A stretch of DNA of 64,000 bases. It comes from Bacillota bacterium (GTDB taxonomy: Bacteria; Bacillota; Clostridia; Christensenellales; CAG-138). Shown here in pieces: positions 18,291 to 27,433 of this stretch. The notes under the pieces are model-generated. The model was not told where the DNA came from and did not search any database. It saw nothing but the letters and a program-made list of their open reading frames with translations. Made by a program: the position numbers and the translations under genes. The DNA lies in assembly GCA_038562375.1 (NCBI GenBank), contig JBCFAY010000009.1, forward strand, positions 7,448 through 71,447, given 5' to 3'. Positions within the stretch are counted from its first letter, which is position 1. Each line of letters opens with the position of its first letter.

Positions 18291-18974
18291 TCAGCCGCCG
18301 ATGCTCGCCTGCGCGTCCGCCTCGCAGAAAGCGGGCGCGGCTTTTTTCGCGCTCCTTAGCCTGCGCTTTCTGGGCGCGTTCTTAAGCGAAGGACGCGTGT
18401 ATTCCTCATAGACGGCGAGGCCGCCTTCCATATCGAGATTCGCGCATATAAGCGCCGTATAGAACGCGTCGTTGAGCGCGTCGTGCAGAGGTTCCTCGCC
18501 CATCACCCCAAGGTGCGTCGCCGCGCCCTCGAGCGACATCTGCCGCTTTTCGCCAAGGTGCTGCCAGGAAAATACCATCTGCGCATTGTACCAGCGCGCA
18601 GTCCAGTCTGCGTTGATGCCGTAGTATTCGAGATTGCGCCGGAGAACCGGAATATCGTCGTATCCCCAGGTCAAAAACACGGGGGCGCGCCCGCACCATT
18701 CCCGAAAGAGCTTAACCGCGTCCGGGAAATCGATGCCCCCGTTGATCTCGGACTGGCTGATCCTGACCACCTTGGCAACATATCGCGTGAGCTTGCGCTT
18801 TTTGGGCAGCCGCACGCCGACTTTGAAGGTATCTGAAATACGGAGCGCGTCGTCCAGCCTGACCGCACCTATTTGAATGATCTCGTCGTGGAGCTGCTTG
18901 CCCTGCTTATTGATAGGGCACTTCTGGTCGATCCCGTTTTGGTTCCACTCCATGTCCAACACGATATATGCCAT
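18291..18974 (-). CDS. DEDDh-type 3'-5' exonuclease domain protein (KapD/ERI-like)
   Basis: ORF 18291..19124. I moved the start to ATG 18974 (MAYIVLDMEWNQ). Motifs DMEW, IIQIGAVRL and HDALNDA. Confidence 0.72.
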   Translation of the reverse strand: MAYIVLDMEWNQNGIDQKCPINKQGKQLHDEIIQIGAVRLDDALRISDTFKVGVRLPKKRKLTRYVAKVVRISQSEINGGIDFPDAVKLFREWCGRAPVFLTWGYDDIPVLRRNLEYYGINADWTARWYNAQMVFSWQHLGEKRQMSLEGAATHLGVMGEEPLHDALNDAFYTALICANLDMEGGLAVYEEYTRPSLKNAPRKRRLRSAKKAAPAFCEADAQASIGG

Positions 18975-19045
18975 GATTAAACCCAACCATCCCCTTTGCG
19001 CCGTTCCAGCCGGCTTAAGGCCCCCGGCGCTTGTCCCCGAAAAAA

Positions 19046-19420
19046 CTACTTCTTTAAATAGAGCTTTGCCTGCCCCTTGATCGCATCGAATGTCTGGCCG
19101 CTGATCACATGCTCGATCTTGCACGCATCTTCCCGGGCGGTCTTTGCATCGACTCCGATCGCGATGAAATACTCCGTCAAAAGCTTATGCCTCTCGTAGA
19201 TGCGCTCGGCGATCTCCGTACCGGCCCCGGTGAGCGACAGATAGCCGCCGCTGTCCACGGTAACATACCCATTCTCGCGGAGGCGCTTCATCGCAAAGCT
19301 GACGCTCGGCTTGGAAAATCCCAGCTCGTTCGCGACGTCGATCGAACGTACGCGACCAAACCGCTGCTGCAATACAACGATCGCTTCCAGGTAGTTTTCA
19401 GCGGATTCCTGTATCTTCAC
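19046..19420 (-). CDS. DtxR/MntR-family metal-dependent transcriptional repressor (short form without SH3 domain)
   Basis: MKIQESAENYLEAIVVLQQRFGRVRSIDVANELGFSKPSVSFAMKRLRENGYV...ERHKLLTEYF. Divergent from the feo operon. Confidence 0.85.
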   Translation of the reverse strand: MKIQESAENYLEAIVVLQQRFGRVRSIDVANELGFSKPSVSFAMKRLRENGYVTVDSGGYLSLTGAGTEIAERIYERHKLLTEYFIAIGVDAKTAREDACKIEHVISGQTFDAIKGQAKLYLKK

Positions 19421-19531
19421 ACGCCGTCCTCCCCTCGCGCGGCAATTTTCCCCTCACTTTTTGTACGGTTTTATCATACAACAAAAACGAAATATTAGCA
19501 AAATAAAACCGTATAATTTTGCTTGGAAGCG

Positions 19532-19560
19532 TTGACAGCCGCCTACACAAATGCTACTAT
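19532..19560 (+). promoter_or_regulatory. Sigma-A type promoter of the feo operon
   Basis: TTGACA (19532-19537), a 17-nt spacer, then TACTAT (19555-19560). Confidence 0.6.
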
Positions 19561-19566
19561 ATAGAT

Positions 19567-19584
19567 GGTTAGATGAAGCTAACT
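19567..19584. promoter_or_regulatory. Inverted repeat GTTAG-N6-CTAAC, site 1 (candidate DtxR-family operator over the feo start site)
   Basis: GGTTAGatgaagCTAACT begins 7 nt after the -10 hexamer. Confidence 0.5.
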
Positions 19585-19601
19585 ATTTTTTACGGCTCGA
19601 T

Positions 19602-19619
19602 AGTTAGTCTACGCTTACC
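19602..19619. promoter_or_regulatory. Inverted repeat GTTAG-N6-CTTAC, site 2 (one mismatch)
   Basis: AGTTAGtctacgCTTACC lies 35 nt downstream of site 1 and upstream of the feoA RBS. Confidence 0.4.
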
Positions 19620-19655
19620 GGAAGGCAGCCGATTTCTCGGAAAGGAGATGCCAAT

Positions 19656-19865
19656 ATGCCTTTAACACTTGCTACAACCGGGATCGAGAACTCCATCAAA
19701 AGAATCAACGGCCGGGACGAGGCGAAGCGTTTCCTTGAAAACCTCGGTTTCGTCGTCGGCGGCGCCGTTACCGTCGTTTCGGAAAACGCCGGAAATGTTA
19801 TCGTAAACGTTAAAAACACCCGTATCGCGATCAGCCGTGAGATGGCCAACCGCATACAGGTTTAA
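19656..19865 (+). CDS. feoA: FeoA-family protein (copy 1)
   Basis: 69-aa SH3-like FeoA, first gene of the feo operon. AAGGAG RBS. Confidence 0.8.
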   Translation: MPLTLATTGIENSIKRINGRDEAKRFLENLGFVVGGAVTVVSENAGNVIVNVKNTRIAISREMANRIQV

Positions 19866-19889
19866 AGGTATCAGCAGGAGGGGATCGTA

Positions 19890-20111
19890 ATGCAAACGCT
19901 TAGGGACATAAAATGTGGATCGACCGTTACCGTAGTCAGGCTCCACGGCGAGGGCGCCATCAAGCGCCGTATTATGGACATGGGGCTGACCAAGGGCTGC
20001 TCTGTTTTTGTGCGTAAGGTCGCGCCGCTCGGAGATCCGATCGAAGTCAACGTCAGGGGATACGAACTGAGCATCCGCAAGCAGGACGCTGAGATGGTCG
20101 AAGTCGTATAA
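19890..20111 (+). CDS. feoA: FeoA-family protein (copy 2)
   Basis: 73 aa. The VTVVRLHGEGAIKRRIMDMGLTKG...VRKVAPLGDPIEV pattern is typical of FeoA. Confidence 0.85.
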   Translation: MQTLRDIKCGSTVTVVRLHGEGAIKRRIMDMGLTKGCSVFVRKVAPLGDPIEVNVRGYELSIRKQDAEMVEVV

Positions 20112-20140
20112 CGGCGTTTGCCTATATTTTTTTAAGCTAT

Positions 20141-20158
20141 AGTTAGCAGGGGCTAACT
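20141..20158. promoter_or_regulatory. Inverted repeat GTTAG-N6-CTAAC, site 3, between feoA copy 2 and feoB
   Basis: AGTTAGcaggggCTAACT has perfect 6-bp arms and lies 20 nt upstream of the feoB ATG. Confidence 0.45.
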
Positions 20159-20178
20159 CACGAGAGGGAGGATAGGAT

Positions 20179-22323
20179 ATGTCAATCAAGATTGCGCTTG
20201 CCGGAAATCCCAACAGCGGCAAGACAACGATGTTCAACGTGCTTACCGGCAGCTCGCAATATGTGGGAAACTGGCCCGGCGTCACCGTGGAAAAGAAAGA
20301 GGGAAAGCTCCGGGGGCATAAGGACGTAACGATCGTCGACCTGCCCGGCATCTACTCTCTTTCACCTTACACGCTCGAGGAGGTCGTCGCGAGGAATTTC
20401 CTCGTGGGCGAGAGGCCGGACGCCATCATCAATATTGTCGACGCGACCAACATCGAGCGCAATCTGTACCTGACCACGCAGCTTCTCGAGCTCGATATCC
20501 CGGTGGTCGTCGCGCTGAACATGATCGATGTGATCAACAAGCAGGGCGACGTGATCGACGGTAAAAAACTTTCCGCCGCGCTCGGGTGCGACGTGGTCGA
20601 GACATCCGCGCTCAAGGAAAAAGGTTGCTTGGAAGCTGCAGAGCGCGCGATGCTGCTGGCGCAGAAAAGCCAAAAGCCGCAGGCGTGCGCCGGTTTTTCC
20701 GCTCCGGTCGAAGGAGCGCTCAAAGCCATACTTTCCGCACTTGGGGATAAGGTCGCGCCCGAGAGGGCGCGCTGGTACGCGATCAAGCTCTTTGAACGGG
20801 ACGAAAAAGTCATGGACCAGCTCAAGCTTGACAGCGCATCGCTCGACGCCATCGAGGCCGCCATCCAATGCGTCGAAGCGGAGCTCGACGACGACTGCGA
20901 GAGCATCATCACCAACGAACGCTATGGCCGTATCTCGGGGATCGTAAAAGACTCGGTCAAAAAGCAGCGGCACGGGGCGCTGACCGCCTCGGACAAGATC
21001 GACCGCATCGTGACCAACCGATTCCTCGCGCTGCCGATATTTGCGGCGGTGATGGTACTTGTATATTACGTCTCCGTCTCCACGCTCGGCGCGATCGTGA
21101 CCGACTGGACGAACGACGTGCTCTTCGGCGAGTTCCTGCGCAACGGGCTTGAAAACTGGCTCGTCGCGATCAATACCGCCCCCTGGCTCGTCTCGCTCGC
21201 GCTCGACGGCATACTCGGCGGCGTAGGCGCGGTCTTGGGCTTTCTGCCGCAGATGCTCATACTCTTCTTCTTCCTCGCGCTGCTCGAGGATTCCGGCTAT
21301 ATGGCGCGCATCGCGTTTATCATGGATCGGATTTTCCGCAAGTTCGGGCTCTCTGGCAAGTCTTTTATTCCGATTTTGATCGGCACCGGCTGCGGCGTCC
21401 CCGGCATCATGGCCTCGCGCACGATCGAGAACGACCGCGACCGCAAGATGACCATCATCACCACGACGTTCATCCCCTGCGGCGCAAAGCTCCCGATCAT
21501 CGCCCTGATCGCGGGCGCGCTGTTCGCCGACGCCTGGTGGGTCGGGCCGAGCGCTTACTTCGTGGGCATCGCGGCGATCATCCTATCGGGCATACTGCTC
21601 AAAAAGACGCGGCCTTTCGCGGGCAATCCCGCACCGTTCGTCATGGAGCTGCCCTCCTACCGCGTGCCCGGCGTCAAAGGCGTGCTCATCCATATGTGGG
21701 ATCGCGGCAAAGCCTTTGTGGTAAAGGCCGGTACGATCATCTTCCTGGCGAGCGGCCTGATCTGGTTCACCTCCAGCTTCAGCTGGAGCCTTGAGATGGT
21801 CGACGCGGGAGAATCCATACTCGCGAGCATCGGCAGCGTGTTCGCGCCGCTGTTCGCCCCGCTCGGCTGGGGTGACTGGAAAGCCGCCGTCGCCTCGATC
21901 ACGGGCCTTGTCGCCAAGGAAGGCGTGGTGAGCACTTTCGGCGTACTCTACGGCGTCGGTGAGGTCGCGGAAGACGGCGTCGAGATCTGGGGCAGCCTGC
22001 AGGCCGCGTTTACGGCGCTCTCCGCCTACTCGTTTCTGGTATTCAACCTCCTGTGCGCGCCCTGCTTCGCCGCCGTCGGCGCGATCCGGCGCGAGATGGG
22101 TTCCTTCAAGTGGACGATGATCGCCGTAGGCTACCAAACCGGCTTTGCCTACTTCGCGGCGCTGAGCATCTACCAGATTGGGCTTCTGTTCACAGGGCAC
22201 GGCTTTACCGCCCTGAGCGCCGTGACCATCGCGCTGATCGCCGGGTTCCTGTATTTGCTCTTTAGGCCCCAGCCAAAACTCTGCAAGCACATTCCAAAGG
22301 TTCAGGTGACAAGAAATGCTTGA
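20179..22323 (+). CDS. feoB: Ferrous iron transporter FeoB (G-domain plus polytopic permease)
   Basis: G1 motif GNPNSGKTT, DLPG, NMID and a ~450-aa membrane domain. Confidence 0.95.
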   Translation: MSIKIALAGNPNSGKTTMFNVLTGSSQYVGNWPGVTVEKKEGKLRGHKDVTIVDLPGIYSLSPYTLEEVVARNFLVGERPDAIINIVDATNIERNLYLTTQLLELDIPVVVALNMIDVINKQGDVIDGKKLSAALGCDVVETSALKEKGCLEAAERAMLLAQKSQKPQACAGFSAPVEGALKAILSALGDKVAPERARWYAIKLFERDEKVMDQLKLDSASLDAIEAAIQCVEAELDDDCESIITNERYGRISGIVKDSVKKQRHGALTASDKIDRIVTNRFLALPIFAAVMVLVYYVSVSTLGAIVTDWTNDVLFGEFLRNGLENWLVAINTAPWLVSLALDGILGGVGAVLGFLPQMLILFFFLALLEDSGYMARIAFIMDRIFRKFGLSGKSFIPILIGTGCGVPGIMASRTIENDRDRKMTIITTTFIPCGAKLPIIALIAGALFADAWWVGPSAYFVGIAAIILSGILLKKTRPFAGNPAPFVMELPSYRVPGVKGVLIHMWDRGKAFVVKAGTIIFLASGLIWFTSSFSWSLEMVDAGESILASIGSVFAPLFAPLGWGDWKAAVASITGLVAKEGVVSTFGVLYGVGEVAEDGVEIWGSLQAAFTALSAYSFLVFNLLCAPCFAAVGAIRREMGSFKWTMIAVGYQTGFAYFAALSIYQIGLLFTGHGFTALSAVTIALIAGFLYLLFRPQPKLCKHIPKVQVTRNA

Positions 22324-22501
22324 ATTTATCTCTGAAAATCTTGCGACGATACTGATAAGCGCGTTGGTTTTGCTCGCTGCGGTTCTCGCGGTACTCAAGA
22401 TACGACGCGATAAAAAGAAGAGCGCCTGCGGCTGCTCGAGCTGCCCCGGCTGCTCAGGCTGTCCGCAGGAGAGCCACTGCTCGCACGGTAGCAAACCCTA
22501 A
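22316..22501 (+). CDS. FeoB-associated Cys-rich membrane peptide
   Basis: 61 aa with one TM helix and a CGCSSCPGCSGC tail. 8-nt overlap with the feoB stop. Confidence 0.7.
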   Translation: MLEFISENLATILISALVLLAAVLAVLKIRRDKKKSACGCSSCPGCSGCPQESHCSHGSKP

Positions 22502-22530
22502 TTTTTCCAGCAACCACCTCTATCATATCC

Positions 22531-22575
22531 CAAAGCGGCAGGCGTCCCGGTTTTACCGGAGCTCCTGCCGCTTTG
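22531..22575. terminator. Bidirectional terminator between the convergent feo operon and GGDEF gene
   Basis: CAAAGCGGCAGG...CCTGCCGCTTTG is a long hairpin with an inner CCGG-tttta-CCGG, followed by GATTTTATCGTTT. Confidence 0.75.
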
Positions 22576-22598
22576 GATTTTATCGTTTCCCTCCGGCG

Positions 22599-23789
22599 CT
22601 AGCCGCGCGCGGCCGGTTCCTCGAGATCGGAGTCCGGTCGTTCCGGCGGCAGCGGCCACTCGACCATGAGGGCGCGCTTCTTCTGCTTATACATCAGCGT
22701 GTCGATATGCTTCAAAAACTCGATCATGCTCAGCTTGGAGCTGCGCCGATAGATATCGTACCCCATCGAAAACTGGATCCTGAAAGGGTGCTCAGCCCCT
22801 TGATTGAACTGCCGGACCCTGGCGCGGATCCGCTCCACAACTTCCTCCAAAAGCATCGGATCATCGATATCGAGCACGACGCAGAATTCATCGCCGCCGA
22901 AGCGGGCGATAAAATCATCCCTGCGCAGGCTTTCCCTGAGAAGCTGGGAAACCGTACGCAATACCTGATCTCCCATCGAATGGCCCATCGTATCGTTGAT
23001 GGTCTTAAACCCATCCAAATCGATCAGCACCGCGGCAAAATCCTTGGATTCGCCGTTGCGTATCTTATGCAACAGGAACTGGTCGAGCTGCCTGCGGTTG
23101 TAGATGCCGGTCAAATAGTCCGTCATCAGGCCCTTGTTCTGAATGTTGAAATACAGGGCCAGCATGGAAACAGCGAGCCCGCCCCAGGTAAGCGCGGCGC
23201 CGTTGTAGAAAAACTGCATCAAGCCGCCGGCCGTAATCGGGAAAAGGAAGTATACAAGCGTTCGGGAGAGAGCGCCGCCAAGGCTTTTCTTTTTATACAG
23301 CGCGACAAGCAGCGATAGGAACAGCGGCAAATAGCACAGCGAGACATGCAGCCAATAAAACTCGCCCCGATGGAAAACGTTGTTCTGATCGATGTAAAAA
23401 AGCCAACCGTATTTTAGGCCCACGACGCCCAGAACGGCGGAACACGCATATACCGAAGCGACAGCCCATTTGATCCGGTTGATTTGCCGCGCATCGAAGT
23501 CCATCTGCAGCAGGATGTAAAACAGCCAAAGGACCGAAGGAATGCCGTCGATCTTGAACAACACGAGATTGCCGTAGTAATTGATGACATGATTCCACGG
23601 CCCCGGATTCCCGTTTGAGAGCACGCATAGGATATCGATGAAAACGGACGCCATGCACGCGCGGGTCATCCACAGCAATAGCCTGCAATGCGCCAACGCC
23701 CTCTGCATGGGCTTGCAGATATCGGTATGAACCAACAGCAGAATAACAAATGCAAGTATACTGACGTATACCGATTCTGGAAGCCGCAT
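22599..23789 (-). CDS. Membrane-anchored diguanylate cyclase (polytopic N-terminus plus GGDEF domain)
   Basis: ORF 22599..23825. I moved the start to ATG 23789 (MRLPES), which has a GGAGGGAAGGGG RBS. RFGGDEF is intact. RRDD lies 5 residues upstream, consistent with an RxxD I-site. Confidence 0.85.
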   Translation of the reverse strand: MRLPESVYVSILAFVILLLVHTDICKPMQRALAHCRLLLWMTRACMASVFIDILCVLSNGNPGPWNHVINYYGNLVLFKIDGIPSVLWLFYILLQMDFDARQINRIKWAVASVYACSAVLGVVGLKYGWLFYIDQNNVFHRGEFYWLHVSLCYLPLFLSLLVALYKKKSLGGALSRTLVYFLFPITAGGLMQFFYNGAALTWGGLAVSMLALYFNIQNKGLMTDYLTGIYNRRQLDQFLLHKIRNGESKDFAAVLIDLDGFKTINDTMGHSMGDQVLRTVSQLLRESLRRDDFIARFGGDEFCVVLDIDDPMLLEEVVERIRARVRQFNQGAEHPFRIQFSMGYDIYRRSSKLSMIEFLKHIDTLMYKQKKRALMVEWPLPPERPDSDLEEPAARG

Positions 23790-24278
23790 TTTTTGCCCCT
23801 TCCCTCCAGCCATCCATTCCGGCAAACATGTTGTGATTTCTTCGCGCCAGATTCAAATGTATTTTGGGGCCACCGCTCCGTCGGACGCGCCCTTGTCTTG
23901 GAAACCGATGAAACCGAGCCTGCTTGAGCAATCCGCTGCTTCCACAGCGCCGCTCGCCCCTCTTTGCGGCATACCTGCTTGCGCCCATACGGCCGACGCG
24001 GGACAACTCAATAGCCTGTCGTACTTATCAAGACATTTCAAATTATAACAAATAACGGCACAAAATAAAACGAGCGCGCGGATCGGATTTCGAAATTATT
24101 CCATCGTGTCCCGCTTCCCCACAGTTTCGCGCACGGTCCTCGACGCCTTCCTTTATTTGCTTTCAGCGTGCGGGCACGTCTTTGCGACCATACCGGTTTG
24201 TCCACCGGCCATCCGCTGCGCATATAGTTTATATATACCCTTTACCGAAGCGGTTCTACCGTCAACCGCGCCATCAAG

Positions 24279-24328
24279 CAAAAAGGCCGAAAAGCTTGTG
24301 CGCATTTACGCGCACAAGCTTTTCGGCC
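24279..24328 (-). terminator. Intrinsic terminator after the tandem GGDEF-EAL genes
   Basis: 19-bp perfect stem GGCCGAAAAGCTTGTGCGC/GCGCACAAGCTTTTCGGCC, followed on the minus strand by TTTTTG. Confidence 0.85.
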
Positions 24329-24345
24329 CGCCGCTCAGGGAGCGC

Positions 24346-27300
24346 TTACCCCACGCCGCGGGAGCTTTGTTTGCGCAGGAGAATCTCTTCGATGTCCTTG
24401 GCGGGCATGGGCTTGTAATAGTAAAATCCCTGGACCTCGTCGCACATCTTCTGGTTGAGGAAATCGAGCTGCGTCTTTGTCTCCACGCCCTCTGCCAGCA
24501 CCTTGAGGTTCAGGCTCTTGGCGAGGTTGATGATGATCTTGGCGATGGCCTTATCCTTGTCCGATTTTTCGATGCCCCGCACAAACTGCATATCCATTTT
24601 GATACGGTCGATCGGCAACATTTTCAGACGGTTGAGGGAGGAATACTCCGTGCCAAAATCGTCGATCGAAATGCAGACGCCCAATTGCTTGAGGCTGTCG
24701 AACACGCGGATCAAATCGTCGTTGTGAGCACAGGCGTTGCTCTCCGTGATCTCGATGTCCAGCGTTTGGGGCGGCATCCCGGTCTCCTCCAACACCTCCC
24801 GGACCTGCCTTGTCAGCGCCGGGTTCCGAAGCTGGACGAGGGAGACGTTCACCGCGATCCGAAGATCCTTGAATCCCATTTCCTGCCAGCGCTTGTTCTG
24901 CGCGCAGGCCTCGTGCAGCACCCACTGACCGATGCTGTTGATCAGGCCCGTCTGCTCCGCGAGCGGGATAAACGCATTCGGCGGCACCATGCGGCCCTCC
25001 GGCAGCCGCCAGCGGCAAAGGGCTTCCAGGCCGACAATCTGCCCCGTAAAGAGGCATATCTGCGGCTGATAATGCAGCTCCATCTGCCTCTTTTCAAGCG
25101 CAGGATACAGCAGATTCGTCAGACGGACTTTCTCGAGCACCTCGCGTTTCATCCCGTCGGAGCACAGCGTGTATTTCTTCTTCCCGGACGATTTTGCGTA
25201 ATACATGGCGGTGTCCGCATTTTTGATGAGGGTGACGGCATCCGGACCATCCTCGGGGTAGAGCGAAACCCCCGCGCTGGTGGTGACGTAAAATTCCTGC
25301 CCCTTGAGCAAAAACGGCTTCTCAAATATCCCCATGATGCGTTCCATGCGCTTAGGCAGCGTTCCGTTCGCGACGTCCGAAAGCATGATCACGAATTCGT
25401 CTCCGCCAAAGCGGGAAACGAGATCCCCGGGCAAAAGGCAGTCTTTGAGCGCGCTCGCGACCTCGTACAGGAGCATATCGCCGAGGTCGTGCCCCATCGT
25501 GTCGTTGATGCTTTTGAAGGAATCCAGGTCGATAAATACCACCGCAAAGGTATTGTCAAGCGCTTTGGCGCGCTTGATCTGATCGTTGATGACGCCGTCG
25601 AAATACAGGCGGTTGGGCAGCTTGGTAAGCTGATCGTGGTAGGCGATATGATTCATGGTGCGCTCGGTGCGCACCTTCACGACGGCGTCCGCAACGGTGT
25701 TCGCAATTACCGACAGGAATTCGATATAATTCGCCCTCCACTCCTTTTGCGGATGCGAGGAATTAATGCCCATGTAACCGATCGGTTTCCCCTGCGATTT
25801 CACCGCGATATAGGCGAGGCTCCGCACGCTCAAACCGGCTGCAAGCTCCACGGCCGGCCGGAGAAGCGGAGAAGCAAGCTCCAGATCGTCGATTTCGATC
25901 ATATCTCGCTGTTCGAGCATTCGCGCGACGCCGGGGAGCACGGAACCGGCCTGCTCCAGGACTGCCGAGATATAGGAAGGTACGCCCTGCTGGGTCCATT
26001 CGCAGTGATAGGCCGCCCCGTCCATGGTTTCGTTGAACAACACGATATACGCCCGCTCCACGCGGAAGAACTTCCCGCAGCGTTCCAAAAGCACGGCGAT
26101 TTTCTCCTCGAACGTATCCGGGGAGACCGATATGAATTCATGCGATATCTCCGCGATGAGCTTCTGCAGGTTCAGGTGGCGGATGTTCTCCTCGATACGC
26201 CCCAAATACACGCGGTTGACGTAGAACGAAAACGCGCCGCATACGACATAGAGGATCAGCCGGACGATGTGATCCGAAGCGTTCAGATCCTCCGTCGCTA
26301 CGGGCATACGCATCCACACCAGCAGGCACGACAAGAACGCGGAGACGCCGACGGCGAGCAGTACGGTGAACTTGTTGAACAGCGTGCACACGACGATCAT
26401 CATCAGGGGAACCGCCCATACCGTGACCGCGCCGGTCTGCACGTATTCGATGATCATCAGCGGGATAACGATCGAGAGCACCACCGAAAGAAGGACTTCC
26501 TTATCCGCTTCCATCTCAAGGCGGTCGAGCCTGCGCGCGATCATGCCGGCGGCAACGATCAATCCGGTGGTGATGATCGAAACCATCCAGCCGAAGTGAT
26601 TGATGCGCAGTATCACGAGGTTCGCCGCGCTGCAAAAATACAGGACGAAGCTGATGTATTGAAGGGTCTTGGTCTGGGTGGACCTGCTGAGGATGGTTTC
26701 CTCGCGGAAGGTTGCCTGGGGGATCAGCATCTCATATTTGCGCACTCCCACGAATATCGCGATGATTGTAATGATCGCGTACGCGGGAAAGATCGGCGGA
26801 AGCATAATCTTGCCGAAAAGTACCAGGAACTGATGGACCAGCACCAGCAGCGCGGATGCCAAAAGCGAACCGGAGAGCAGCAGGGCCTGTTGCCGATACC
26901 CTCTCTGCGGGTGCAGCCGCATCCAGCGAAGCAGCATGGCGATACTCAAAAGAATGGACAGCGCAAGGTAAGTAATCAGCAGTATGCCCGGGAAGCCCAA
27001 GGCGAGCCCCGTGACCGCCCAGCCGTGTCCGGTAAGCGAAAGCTCAAAGAGGAGCGAACCGCCCGCCGGAGGAAGGCAATAGAGGACGCTCAGCGCGACC
27101 GCCGGGGCAAAGATCAGCGGATAGGAAAAAAAGTGCTTCTGTGTGTGTCCCGTAAACACAAACATATAGTGCGCGAGCGCGCCCAACAGAAAGAACAGCC
27201 CGAAATAGGAAACGCGGATAAAGAGCAGCGCGGTCTGTTCATCGGCCGAGGCGTTCGAGAGCGCCTGCCCCGCGCACCAAATCAGCAGAAACAGGCTCAA

Positions 27301-27420
27301 GCTCAGGCAATCCTTATTCAGAGCCTTATTCTGATGGTATCGGATCGCGCTGACCGACGCGACGAGCGCAATCACGCCCACCGATATGAGGACAACGGAT
27401 GTCGAGAGCAGTTTTTCCAC
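24346..27420 (-). CDS. Polytopic membrane / GAF / GGDEF / EAL c-di-GMP signalling protein, paralog A
   Basis: 1024 aa. About 12-13 hydrophobic segments by eye in the first ~400 aa, then a GAF-like region, RFGGDEF, and EAL motifs (GLEALCRW, DDFGTEYSS, EGVETKTQ). Confidence 0.9.
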   Translation of the reverse strand: MEKLLSTSVVLISVGVIALVASVSAIRYHQNKALNKDCLSLSLFLLIWCAGQALSNASADEQTALLFIRVSYFGLFFLLGALAHYMFVFTGHTQKHFFSYPLIFAPAVALSVLYCLPPAGGSLLFELSLTGHGWAVTGLALGFPGILLITYLALSILLSIAMLLRWMRLHPQRGYRQQALLLSGSLLASALLVLVHQFLVLFGKIMLPPIFPAYAIITIIAIFVGVRKYEMLIPQATFREETILSRSTQTKTLQYISFVLYFCSAANLVILRINHFGWMVSIITTGLIVAAGMIARRLDRLEMEADKEVLLSVVLSIVIPLMIIEYVQTGAVTVWAVPLMMIVVCTLFNKFTVLLAVGVSAFLSCLLVWMRMPVATEDLNASDHIVRLILYVVCGAFSFYVNRVYLGRIEENIRHLNLQKLIAEISHEFISVSPDTFEEKIAVLLERCGKFFRVERAYIVLFNETMDGAAYHCEWTQQGVPSYISAVLEQAGSVLPGVARMLEQRDMIEIDDLELASPLLRPAVELAAGLSVRSLAYIAVKSQGKPIGYMGINSSHPQKEWRANYIEFLSVIANTVADAVVKVRTERTMNHIAYHDQLTKLPNRLYFDGVINDQIKRAKALDNTFAVVFIDLDSFKSINDTMGHDLGDMLLYEVASALKDCLLPGDLVSRFGGDEFVIMLSDVANGTLPKRMERIMGIFEKPFLLKGQEFYVTTSAGVSLYPEDGPDAVTLIKNADTAMYYAKSSGKKKYTLCSDGMKREVLEKVRLTNLLYPALEKRQMELHYQPQICLFTGQIVGLEALCRWRLPEGRMVPPNAFIPLAEQTGLINSIGQWVLHEACAQNKRWQEMGFKDLRIAVNVSLVQLRNPALTRQVREVLEETGMPPQTLDIEITESNACAHNDDLIRVFDSLKQLGVCISIDDFGTEYSSLNRLKMLPIDRIKMDMQFVRGIEKSDKDKAIAKIIINLAKSLNLKVLAEGVETKTQLDFLNQKMCDEVQGFYYYKPMPAKDIEEILLRKQSSRGVG

Positions 27421-27433
27421 GTCGGAATTCCTT

